A stretch of DNA of 64,000 bases from Cycas panzhihuaensis (Eukaryota; Plantae; Cycadophyta), in assembly GCA_023213395.1 (NCBI GenBank), contig CM041465.1, positions 187,867,741 to 187,931,740 of the forward strand, written 5' to 3'. This document shows positions 41,345 through 52,769 of the stretch, piece after piece (within the stretch, counting starts at the first letter, position 1; each line of letters starts with the position of its first letter). The notes under the pieces were generated by a model. It saw only the letters and a list, made by a program, of their open reading frames with translations. It did not search any database and was not told the DNA's origin. Position numbers and translations under genes: made by a program.

Positions 41345-44300
41345 TCAGTCAAACCTATCAGTCTCTCCCCTATATGCATCAATCCTCACCAGTCTCAGTA
41401 ACTCTTCCGGGAAGTCCATCTTCCAAACCATAGTTCTCTTATTTGCCACAGCCCAATTTGCCAGCCAGTCAGCAACCGAGTTCCCTTCTCTATAGGTATG
41501 TTGAATCTGTACTCCAGCTTTTGACTCTAATACTTCTCTCACATCTCTCACAATATCTATATTAATCCATCCTGGTTCTGTTTCCCCCCTTAAACAGCTT
41601 ATCACGTACATGGAGTCGCCTTCGACGACCACCTTCTGAGCTCCCTCCTCGTCCAACAAAACAACTGCCCTTTGCATGGCCCTCACCTCTGCTCTCTGGT
41701 TCGTTTGAATGCCCAGATATTCCGCAAAAGCCCATCTCAGATTCCCCATGTGATCCCTGCAGAGGCCACCCCCTCCCGCCTCTCCAGGGTTACCTTTGGC
41801 TGCACCATCAAAATTAATTTTTTCCCAAGTTATATCTGGGGGGGTCCATTTGATAGCTGGCCTTCTTAATCTACCCTGCTTTGGGATGCCCACTCCCCAG
41901 TCCTCTAATATGCCTTCTTCCCCTTTAGGCACCTTGTCCTCCTTTGGAGGAATCAGCATTTCAGAAATACCCTTCCTGATCACTGCCACCAATATCTCTT
42001 TGTCCATCTCCTTTCCTTCAAATATTCTCCTGTTTCGTTCTTTCCAGATATTCCATGAACCAACTGGGAGGATCATCTTCCAGATATTAGACAGCGTCTT
42101 ACTCTTGAATGGAGAATTCCAGGCAATCCACTGATCTCTAAGGCCTTTAGAGGAGACCCATACTAAACCCAACCTGTTCCAGATATCACTCCAAATACCA
42201 CAGGCATAGGGGCAGTGAATACATAGGTGATCCAAAGTCTCTGCTTCCTCCTTACAGAGAACGCACCTATTCGCCAGCTAGATGCCCCTCTTCATGAGAT
42301 TATCCATTGTGAGGATTTTGTTTTGCAGGCATAGCCACCAGAAAGCGGCTATCTTCGGAAGGCTCCCCAACTTCCATACCTTGGCCAACATATCATTCTT
42401 GTCCCAGCCTTCCCTACTGGCCAACATATTATACCCATCTTTAACCGTGTAAGATCCCTTTGACGACGAGGGCCATACCAGAGAATTAGGGCAAGAATGC
42501 TTTGGAATATATTGGTTGTCCAAAACCCCTTTCACCCTCTGAATCTCCTCCTCAAGGCCTTGCAAGTCCTCGAACGATATCCAACGTCTGTCCTTAAGCA
42601 TACCAGTCCAGTAATGCTTGACGAGGGTCCCAAATCTGTTCTCACATACCCTTTTCAAAGCTCCTATATTAGGCAAGTCCTCTAATTTAGCTGGACCACA
42701 CCATTTATCTTCCCAAAACCTTATGCTCTCACCGTCCCCCAGCTTCCAGCGCATTCCTTCCCTCAGCATGGAGCGCAAGGAGCAAATAGCTCTCCAGATA
42801 TGGGACCCCTCGGTACAAGGGGCATCCCCTAACAGGAAATGGTCATCCCTTAGATATTTCCTCGACAATATACTATCCCAAATCGAGCCAGTATCTTTGG
42901 TGAGTCTCCATCCCATCTTGGCTAAAAGAGCTACGTTAAAAAGGCCCAGCCTTCTGACATTGAGACCCCCCGCCCATCTGGGCTTGCAGATTTTCTCCCA
43001 AGACACTAGATGAACTCTTTTTTTATCTTCCGCTCCAGACCATAGGAATCTCTTCATAATCCCTCTAATATAGAGATGACCTTACAAGCATCTTGAAAAT
43101 TGACATCCAGTAACGGGATGCTCTGGAGACACGCCACCACTAGCTGGATTTTACCGGCCCAGCTGAGAAGTGCCCCTTTCCATCCAGCCAGCTTCTTGTT
43201 GAATCTGCTCACCACAGGATCCCATAAGTTTTTCCCATCTTCCCCACAAAGAGGGGCATCCCTAGATATGAAACCTAAGGGATCTTTCCGGGTATTTCGA
43301 AATTCTCTTGATTCTTCTCTGTTGCCTCTCCGGTGTGTTGAAAAGAAGATGAGCTTTTTCCAAGTTGATTTTTTGGTTAGTTACTTTTTCATATACCTGG
43401 AGACCCTCTTTTAAGGCCTTAGCCTCTTCCAAGGAGGCTTTGCTCATAAAGATATTATTATCCACAAACTAGTGATAAACGACATTATCCAAATTTGATG
43501 ATGCCTTGAATGGGTTATCCACCCCAGCCTCTGAGCCTCCATAGTTGCTCTCCCAAGCAACTCAGCCATGATGATGAAAAGGAAAGGGGAGAGAGGATCC
43601 CCTTGTCTTAAACCCCTAAATCCTGGAATGAAGGGGGTCGATTTCCCATTTATAATCACCGAGAAGGAAACCCTGGAAATACAACACTTCATCCATTCTC
43701 TCCAAATCTCCCCGAAACCGAAGGCTTTTGGGCACTCCAGTAAACAGTCCCAGGCCACCCGATTGTATGCCTTGGACATATCTGTTTTAATTATCATGCC
43801 TGCTTCCTTTCGCTGGAAGGTCGAGTGCACAGTTTCATGGACAGTAATAATGCCATCCATAATTTGCCTGCCCTTGACAAAACCATCTTGATTTTGTGAA
43901 ATAATAGCCGGGAGAGTCTCCCTAAGGTGATTTGCTAAGACTTTGGCCAAAATCTTATATTTTACGTTACAAAGACTGATTGGTCTGAAATCCTCCATCG
44001 CATCCGCTCCCTCCTTCTTCGGGATCAAAACCAAGAAGGTGGCCTGCCATTCCTTCAGAATGGTCCTTCTAAGAGAGAATTCATTTAACGCTGACATTAG
44101 GTCATCCTTTATAATCTCCCAGTATTCTTGAAAAAAACCAGGGGGGAACCCATCCGGTCCTGGGGCCTTATCCCTACCCATACTGAATAATGCGAGCTCG
44201 ACTTCTTTCTGAGAAAAAGGTTGTATCAGTTTATTATTTAGATCCTCTGTGATCATATTCGGAATAAGCTGCATAAGTCTGGCCCTTAAGACAGGATCCT

Positions 44301-45538
44301 GATAGCCTGGTTCAGTGAATAGCTTCTTGAAATATTCCAAAGCTATACCGCCAAACTGATCCTCTGACTCATGCATCTCCCCATCCATACTGTGCAGTTT
44401 ACTGATCCTGTTGTGTGCCCTGTGCTTCAGGGTGGACATATGGAAAAACTTGGTATTCCTGTCCCCTTCCCTGATCCACTGCTCCCTGGATTTCTGTTTC
44501 CAGAGGATCTCCTCCCTAGCCAGCGTCTCCTCTAATTTTCTGGACGTGAGATGTTCCGCCTGGTCCAGTTCACGGACCGCCCGATTGAATCCTGTCCTCG
44601 ATCCTTTTTAACTCGGACAGTAATGTGGATTTATCTTCAAATATGTTTCCGAAAACCTCCTTGTTCCATAACTTAATTTGTCTCTTAACCCAATTTAGCT
44701 TCCTCGAAAATCTAAACATGGCACATCCGTGGAACTGGACACCACACCACTCGCCAATCCTCTCTTTGAGGTCCGGGTGCTTTTGCCACATCAGTTCAAA
44801 ACGAAAGGGGGCCCCTTTATGGTTGCCAGGGGCATATCCCTCTAGAAGTAGAGGGGCATTATCCGAACCAGCCTTCGGCAGAGCCTCTAATTTGGTTCCT
44901 TCAAAGTGGCAGGTACACTCATAGTTAGTTAGCATCCTATCCAATTTACACTGAATGTGATTTGGACCTAGACGCCTGTTAGACCATGTGAACCTAGCTC
45001 CTCCGAGGGGGACATCCATCAAACCCCCTCCTTGTAAAACTTCACCAAAATTAGACATACCCCTAGTCCAACCAGATTGCCCCCCAATCTTCTCTTCCGG
45101 GCTTAATGGCGTATTAAAATCCCCCGCCACTAGCCAGGGACCTTCCCAGTCCTTGTGGACCTCCACCAATCTATCCCATAGGTTCTTCCTGTTTCCCAGT
45201 GATGTGGGAGCATAAACATTAGTGACCCTGTATTCCTTGTTGGTCCAAACGCATACCAGACCTAGGGTTATGAAGTGCTCCTGCATATGCACTACATAGC
45301 CTTTCCATTTGTATGGATTCCATAGGGAAGCCAATCCCCCAGAACCAGCCAAACCTGCAACCGCTCTCCCCTCTCCCCTGCTCCATATCTTATTAAACAC
45401 CTCCCTCTCCTTAACCTGATCCAATTTAGTCTCTTGCAATAAGACTAGATCTGCTTCCGTCCTCAACCTCACATCCTTAACCAAACGCTGCTTAGAAGGG
45501 GCATTGAGTCCCCTGACGTTCCAGGACAAAACTTTCAT
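41345..45538 (-). pseudogene. LINE ORF2 (AP endonuclease, reverse transcriptase, zf-RVT, RNase H), split by frameshifts and stops
   Basis: SWNVRGLN, LQETK, GDFN and LDR..SD endonuclease motifs; KAPGPDGF, RPISLCN and GLRQGDPLSP RT motifs; RNase H KINFDGAAKGNPG...EGDS...HTYREGNSVADWLAN; catalytic motif degraded to H*FVDN near 43460. Confidence 0.95.
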
Positions 45539-45539
45539 G

Positions 45540-47026
45540 GTTAGCCCAGAACCCCCCTCTCAACCCCTTCTACTTCTTAGGGTAGGTCCCTCTAACGCCC
45601 CCCCTTCCTTTAACGTACTCTGGAGACCCATATCAATTTGGGCTTGGGTATCCTTATCCCTAGAAGCCTTTTTAGGTGGTCTTCCCACCTTCTTCTCCGA
45701 ACCTTTTTGGGGTCCGGCATTTTGGAGACCCATTTCCGAGTCCCGCCTCCACCCTTCTCTGAATCCTTGGCCCCTGACCCAAGTGTTCCATCCGCCTCTA
45801 CAACAATCTTCCCCTCCTCCCGGGGTGGCTCCCGAGGTCGCCCGTCCTCCGGTTCTGATAAGGAATCCTCAAGATCCCAGTTAATACTCTTCCCGATCCG
45901 AGCCAAGGCCGGCTCTGCAATTGACGGGGAGGAATCCCCGCCCCCAGACGGCCTACCTCCTACCTTAGATTGAACATTAGTTCCCCCTCCCAAGCCCTGC
46001 GCCAAGGGCGGGAATCTGTCCATACCCTCCTTAGAGGCCCCAGGACCTGCACTGTCATCTACCTGAGCTGCCTTATCAGCCTGATCCGCATCCACTGTTG
46101 TTTTCCCTGAGGAACAGATCGGAGCCTGGACCTGCTCCTCCTCCGTTCCCTGGCCCACCATGAGTTCAACATCTACGCCGCCTAGACTAACCTCGTTCTT
46201 GCCTACCCCGTCTAGGCCAGATCCCGGGCTCCCCCCCCTGATTGCTGCTTCTGCTCCTGCTGTCTCTTTGCTGTCTTCCGTCTTCTCCAACCTTGCTGGC
46301 ACCCCCGGGCACTGGAACGGGAGGTGCCCTCTGCTTTTACACTTTGCACACCTGAATCCCTCCACTTCGTAAAATAAGCTTTGGAAGATGGATCTACCAT
46401 CAGACTCTATCTCGACCTCGTCTGGGAGCTCATCTTCTAATCTAGCAAGAACACAGAATCTTGCATTCATCAGACGGGACCTATTTCTTGTTGCCGAATC
46501 CGTCGCGAGTAAAGGCCCTATCATCCTGGCCGCCCCATTAACTGTCTCCAGGTTCCAAAAATGCAAAGGAAGCCCGGGCAACTGCACCCATATTGGGGCT
46601 TGTTTAATCACAGGCCCTGTGGTCGAAATCTGGGTGCCATTTCTCCAAAGACATAGCCTTTCTCCCAAACATCCAGGGTGATTTGAGGAGAATAGGAATC
46701 ATATCCTCCTGGCTGGCAAACCTGAATAGGACGCAGCCCTTCGGCATTGCCATTACTTGAACTGGGCTTCTGGTTTTCCATTTATTCCTAATCCATTCCC
46801 GGATGATATCCAGCCCTGGCCTGGGGCCCGAGAACCTCCCAACCAGGCTGTTGTCCCAATATTGAATGGTTTTTTCAGTAACCTCTTTTGGAATTGAGAG
46901 TTTAAATTTATTTCCAATCTTAACCGGATATATTTCATGTTCAGCTTTATTTCCATTTCTTAATACATCAAGGTATGTCCTCCCCGGAGATGAGGACTGA
47001 AACTGGTTTGGTGTAGCTTGCATCAT
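45540..47026 (-). pseudogene. LINE ORF1 (DUF4283-like domain plus CCHC zinc knuckle), frameshifted
   Basis: SLVGRF..W...LFRF..PWMF (46604-47026), continuing by frameshift into PIWVQLPGLPLHFW...ARFCV...CAKCKSRGHLPFQC (45610-46668). Confidence 0.9.
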
Positions 47027-50000
47027 TTGGGTATAAAAAGGAAAAAATTAACACTCTTCATAGAATCTGCTAAATACAGGTTATACTTGCCTCCTCCCTT
47101 GTTTTCTGCCCTCCAGAGACTTCACTAAACCCTTGCTGACAGGGACTGGATCTAGCTTGTGTTGTTGAAGCTTCTACCCACCTTGAGAGATCAGAAATCG
47201 GACTTGCACCACCCAGATCCAGTGCTATAACTCTGTTTTGCCCCTTGCAGACTTGGGTAGCCTCAACCACACACCTAATCACCGCCCTGCTGCTCTTAAT
47301 GCTGGTAACACCGCCTTCCTTGCTGGCCAAGTCACCACCAACGCCGCCTCTGCCACTGAGACTCCCTGCGTCAAGGATAGGCAACACTACGTCTGCGTTG
47401 TCCTCATGCCTTCGAGGTACGCTCGAGCCATCTGTGACCTGCCGCCTCTCAAAAAAACATCTGGGGGGAGCCCCCCTCGTCTGTATCTCCGTCTCCTTGA
47501 CGCCCTAGCCGCTAGGGCCCTGCGACGCAGAAACGGTACCTTCGAAGCTCCAATCGTTCGCCGTTCTCCTTAGGGTTTCGTCTGTGCTTCTCCTCCTCGC
47601 CCGAGCTCCGCTTCCAATCCATAGTAAATGTGTCTTGGTTGTCCTTTGCTTCTCGGGTTTCCTAGTCTTTTTCCACTTATGTTAAATATTAATGTTTATT
47701 TGGTTCATAACTATACGTTATGAGCATCCCCCTTGTTTATGTATTATTATTATTAATCCTTTATTTATAATGTGGAAATGGTGAGTCATTGGGGGTTACT
47801 CAACATTCCATACATGTATTGATCATTAGGGAACAAATATTCCTTTGGGAATTGTATTGATGCACTAGTTTTGTGCATTGTAAAGATAGAGGCATTTTTA
47901 ATGAGAATGAGATGAATTTACATATTTAGATTAATTAAATTTTTTTGCATAGGTCTAGCCTTCTTATGTTTAATCCTAAATGCATTAGTTTTTACATGGT
48001 ATCATAGTAGATTAGGTGCAAATTTACTGGTTCAAATGCATATTATACAGGTCTACGGTCTATTGTAAGTAGTTTTATTGTTCTTTAATAGAAGATATAG
48101 GGGTGTTTTGATACTTGTCAAGTTTTAGTCTATTTATAGCTTGAGATATTTAGGCGCTTAGAGAGATTTAAGTGGTTTAGAAATTATTTATTTCATTTTA
48201 TTAAACTATGTACGATTTTTGTTTTTAGTGCTACTCACATGCATGTTGTAGGGATCATTTTTTAGTAGTAATCAATAGTTTCTCTAGTATTCTTTTTAGG
48301 CAGAATGCACATCTTGAAGCAAAAGCGCTCCCTTTAAGGTTTGTTTTCAAACACAGACCTCTAAGTACTGTTGGGCAAACATAAATAATTATATCGTCAA
48401 ATGGGAGACGATGTAGAATAGGTTGAAGATACCTATTTTTTTTTTTGAAGCAGCTATTCATCACATTAAACAAGATTAAAAATCTACATGCAAGACTAAT
48501 AAATTAATATGCAAACCCCACCAACAATTTCATGCAAGTATTTAACATTTTGTTTGATGAGCTGAGCTCATTTAATGAGCGTGCAGAAGCTGGTTCAAGT
48601 AACATAGTTGCAGAACACAATAGTATTGAAAAAGGCTTGAAGAAATTGATCAAGAGGGGTTTTTTTAACACATAAATGAAGGTTATTTGAAACATTAAAA
48701 GTACTAATTAAAAAGGTAAAAGCAATGAACCAAATCACTATTAAGTAGAGGACAAACATAGACCCTTTCATCTATGTTTAAAAGGCTTTATTCACTCTCA
48801 AAGACACACCTTTCAAAATATTGTTTGGAGGCCATTTTTATGGCACTTGTTGACAAAAAGACAAGCAAATAAAAATTTGAAATGAAAAGGGTTGTTGAGG
48901 CCACGCCCTGCATATATGAACATAACATATTAGAGGTGAGAATGGACCATTTCAGAGCCATTTCAAAGCACTACAAATCATTGAGAAAAACAATGCGAAA
49001 ACACTATTTTCATGAAGGTGAAAAACTCACTTTTCTTTTTTCCCTAGGAAAGAAGAGGGTTTTAAGGGGAGTCGAACACACATCTATTGACATTGAATCA
49101 AACAAACATTCAGAGGAGAATTCACAGTAGAAAAATAGTGAGAAAAATTGGGTCAAAACCTTGCCAACTCACAATAGAAGGAGGGCACCTTATTCATGAA
49201 AATTCAAATGAAAAACACAAAAAAAATGAATGAAAATGAAAAAAAAAAAATTTGAAACATATTAAATGTAAGAGAAAAATAACAATGCACAAACACTAAA
49301 AAAGTAATGAAGCCAAGAGAGAGTACAAGAGAACAACACAGATTTTTACGTGGAAAACCTTGGCAGAGTGCCAAGGTAAAAAACCATTGGGCAAAGGTCT
49401 CTCTTTATTAGGAGTAAGATCAGAATTTTTTTTTTTTTTTTTGTGTACATACATGTCAATACAACAGCTTGATCGGACTTATATTAGAAAAACACCAACT
49501 TCAAAACTATGCCAAAAAACCACAACAAAAAAGTCGTGTCGAAAGGAAAAAGACAAAAAGTTGCTAGAAACTAGTCATCATGTTGAAAACCATAATTGGC
49601 TTCACATCCAACATTCTTCCACTTGAAACCAATTTTGAATTATGCTATTACCTACTCCTTTCAAGAGACCAATGCCTGTGCTGATCATCATCCTATTATA
49701 TGCAGTCCTAGAGAAGTTCTGAACGAGATAAACTTCTTCCTTCCAATTGGCTTTGTCAACATGTCTGTTGGGTTGTCATCAGTATGGATCTTCTGCAATG
49801 AGACCTGTCCTACCGCTACAATGTCACGTACAAAATGATATTGCACAACTATGTGCTTTGTCTTGGCTTGAAATGTTGGGTTTCTTGTTAAGTGAAAGGA
49901 ACTTTGATTGTTGCAATGTAAAGTAATCGTATTTTCCTTGACTTGTAGTTCTCCCAATAATTTGTCTAGCCATATCACTTCCTTATAGGCTTGTGTTGCT

Positions 50001-52482
50001 ACCATATATTCTACTTTTGTAATGGATAATGTTGCCATAGACTGCAATTTCGATATCCAGCTGATTGTTTCACTTGCAAGAGTGAACACATATCCTATAG
50101 TGGACTTACGTCTATTTCTATTACTAGCAAAATCTGAATCTACAAACCCTTTCACTTGAAGATTTGTTGAACTATAACAAATGGCAGCATTTGAAGTACC
50201 CTTCAAATAATGAAGGATCCACTTCATAGCAGTCCAATGATCACAACCGGGATTTGCCATGAATTGACGAGCAACTCCCACTGCTTGGGCAATGTCCGGT
50301 CAAGTACACACCATGGAAAAAATTAGGCTACCTACTGTTGATGACTACGGTACATGAGACATCTGTGCCTTCTCTACTTCATTGCTAGGACTCTGTTTCG
50401 AAGATAGCTTCATGTGTGCAAGAAATGGGGTACTAATTGGCTGAGCATTCTGCATGTTGAAGCGCTATAAAACCTTTTCTACATATGTCTTTTGTGTAAG
50501 CCAGATTTTCCTACTCTTCTTGTCTTTATGTATCCTCATGCTAAGAATTTGATTTGCAACACCTAAATCCTTCACTTCAAACATCCTAGCCAGCTAAGCC
50601 TTAAGTTTGACAATTCTGTCCATGTTGAGGCCTAAAACCAACATGTCATCAACGTACAACAACAAATAATGAAACTGTCATCATCATATCTTTTAAAGTA
50701 AGCACAATGATTAGCTTCACATTTGCTAAATCCTAGACTCATCATGAAGGAATCAAATTGCTTGTACCAACATCTTGGCACCTGTTTGGGACCATACAAT
50801 GTTTTGTTCAATCTGCATACAAGATGTTGTTTGCCTCTTATCACAAAACCTACCGGTTGCTCCACATATATCTTCTCATTGAGGTCACCATGCAAAAAGG
50901 CTATCTTCACATCGAGCTACTCCAATTCAAAGTCAAGGCAAGCAGCCAAAGCCAACACAACTCTAACAATGCTCAAACGTATAATTGGGGAAAAGCTTTG
51001 ATCTAAATTTGAATGGAAAAGTGAAGACTTAGTCTAATTGAGACAAACTCATAATCAATATATAGTATAATACACTTTTATATTTGAAAAATTCTTACAA
51101 AATTCTATTATCTTTATGCTCTATTGAGCATATACAGGACTGGTATAGCAATTTGGAATGAAGAAATGTGTGTTGGGCACAACTAGGCCATTGCGTTTCG
51201 TCTAGAATGGTTTACCAAGTTTCCAAGAAGTGAGGATTTATCCTCTGTTTTCAGCCGCAAGCCTCTTTTGGGATATCGTCTGACTTGGGGCATCTACGCT
51301 GGACTGCTACCGTTGTCTTGGTTTTTCCCACGCTATGTCTGAACCTTTTCAAACTCTTCCTGGGCCTACGCTATTATCTGTTAGAGTGTAATGTTTTATC
51401 TAGGTACAAAAAGAGGTAATGTTGGAATACTCTCAAATGTAATTTATATCTAAGATGTTGACATTTGGCAGTCAGAGGTGGATTGGTTACAATTTAGTTT
51501 GTAATGGTCATCTAGTATGATGTATATTTAAAGGAGACTAGATCTCCATGGAATGCAAGTTTTTTGTTCATCTCAATTAGGTTTGCTATCATGGTATCAG
51601 AGTAGGTCACCCTGCCTGTTTGAGAGAGGGATTTGTATCTGCTGAAGGCAGTACCAGAATGAGACAAGCACAGAAACCAACAAAGGGTCAGATTAAGAGT
51701 CAAGTTGATAGAAGGTCAGATCTGGAGGCATTCTAAGGCATCGTCATTTACTGGTACTAATCGCATACTGCATTTAACAAGAAAAATTTAGTGTTTCAGA
51801 TTGAGACAAAATTTCACCAGCAGATAGATCTTGACACCCCCGTCACTTCTCTCTTCAGGGTTGAAGTCATCTGAGCACATCTGAGGGCAGTTTTGGACAC
51901 TTTACCAGTTCGCGCGGGTTTGAAGCTACTCTCACGTTTTTCTCTTGATTTTTCTCAGATTTTTGAATCAAATCTGTTGTAATATCTCCATATCAGTGCC
52001 TTGAAGACTTTGTGACTGGTATTAAGAGATTTCGTGGAGAATTTTTGAAGATTCGAGTAAATTTGTGCAAAATTATAACCGTGCCCCTCTGTCTTTCTAG
52101 CCAATTTTCGCACAATTTGTAAACTGTTTTGCAAGTCTAATACCACATCTGAAATCCTCTCTTCATCCTCTTTCTTTTGAGGTACACTTCATCTCATTCT
52201 GTACGGTCTCATTTTTGTACGAAAATCCGTACAGGTGTATGGTCTAGCACTGTCAGGTCTTGATCCTCTCAGATCCAATGGCTTCTTCGATCTTGACTCT
52301 GCCCAATCAAGAAAAATTAACTGATTCAAATTACCATATATGGAAAATCAAAGTGAAAACACTTTTAAGAGCCAGAAACGCTTGGAAAATTGCAAATGGT
52401 TCTGAAGTTCGTCCAAATGCAGCGGATCCAACCCTAGCAAGTTGGGAGGAAAGAGATAACATAGGAATAATCATTTTAAAGA

Positions 52483-52769
52483 TGTTACACACCTGGGCGG
52501 TCTTCACTAACACCTTGGGGTTTTGGTGTAACGGTTCGTTACAAGTGGTATCAGAGCCAAGGTCACAGGTTCGATTCTTGGAGGGGACGACCTTGGAGGG
52601 GACGACCTCGGTAGAACGGCAGCATAGTAGTGTTCGCCCGGGGCCTGATGAGGCGCGAAATTACCGAGAGTGGGTTGCCAGGACGTCGACGCCTTGTGGG
52701 GGAGGTAATGTTACACACCTGGGCGGTCTTCACTAACACCTCAGGGTTTTGGTGTAACGGTTCATTACA
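52483..52769 (+). mobile_element. 287-bp non-autonomous LTR element (TRIM/SMART-like) inserted in the gag of Copia B
   Basis: 61-bp LTRs at 52483-52543 and 52709-52769 (TG...CA); perfect TSD AAAGA; PBS TGGTATCAGAGCCA at 52546-52559; PPT GGGGGAGG at 52698-52705; removing it restores gag IIILK-MSVSVS. Confidence 0.96.
52524..52577 (+). promoter_or_regulatory. Putative Pol III type-2 promoter (A-box plus B-box) spanning the TRIM LTR-PBS junction
   Basis: A-box TGGTGTAACGG at 52524-52534 fits TRGYNNARNGG; B-box GGTTCGATTC at 52568-52577; 44-nt start-to-start spacing as in intronless tRNA genes. Confidence 0.6.

Larger units (their letters stand above)
41205..47619 (-). mobile_element. Full-length L1-clade LINE with RNase H, inactivated, intronic and antisense to the host gene
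   Basis: Poly(A) tail (T run at 41205-41218 on +); TSD CATAGTAAATGTGTC(TT) at 41190-41204 and 47620-47634; ORF1 and ORF2 domains present; GC-rich compared with its surroundings. Confidence 0.97.

Noticed and set aside
41672-47573. Many plus-strand ORFs over the LINE
   Set aside because: Antisense shadows of GC-rich LINE coding frames.
48240-49260. Short ORFs or possible host exon 2
   Set aside because: The frames I translated did not resemble AIM1/MFP2 or a recognisable transposase; left as unexplained intronic DNA.
52517-52590. Functional tRNA gene
   Set aside because: A-box, B-box and T-arm are present, but there is no acceptor-stem pairing or canonical 7-nt anticodon loop, and it lies inside a TRIM.
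52483-52769. Cassandra element
   Set aside because: No 5S rRNA-like A/C boxes are visible in the 61-bp LTRs.
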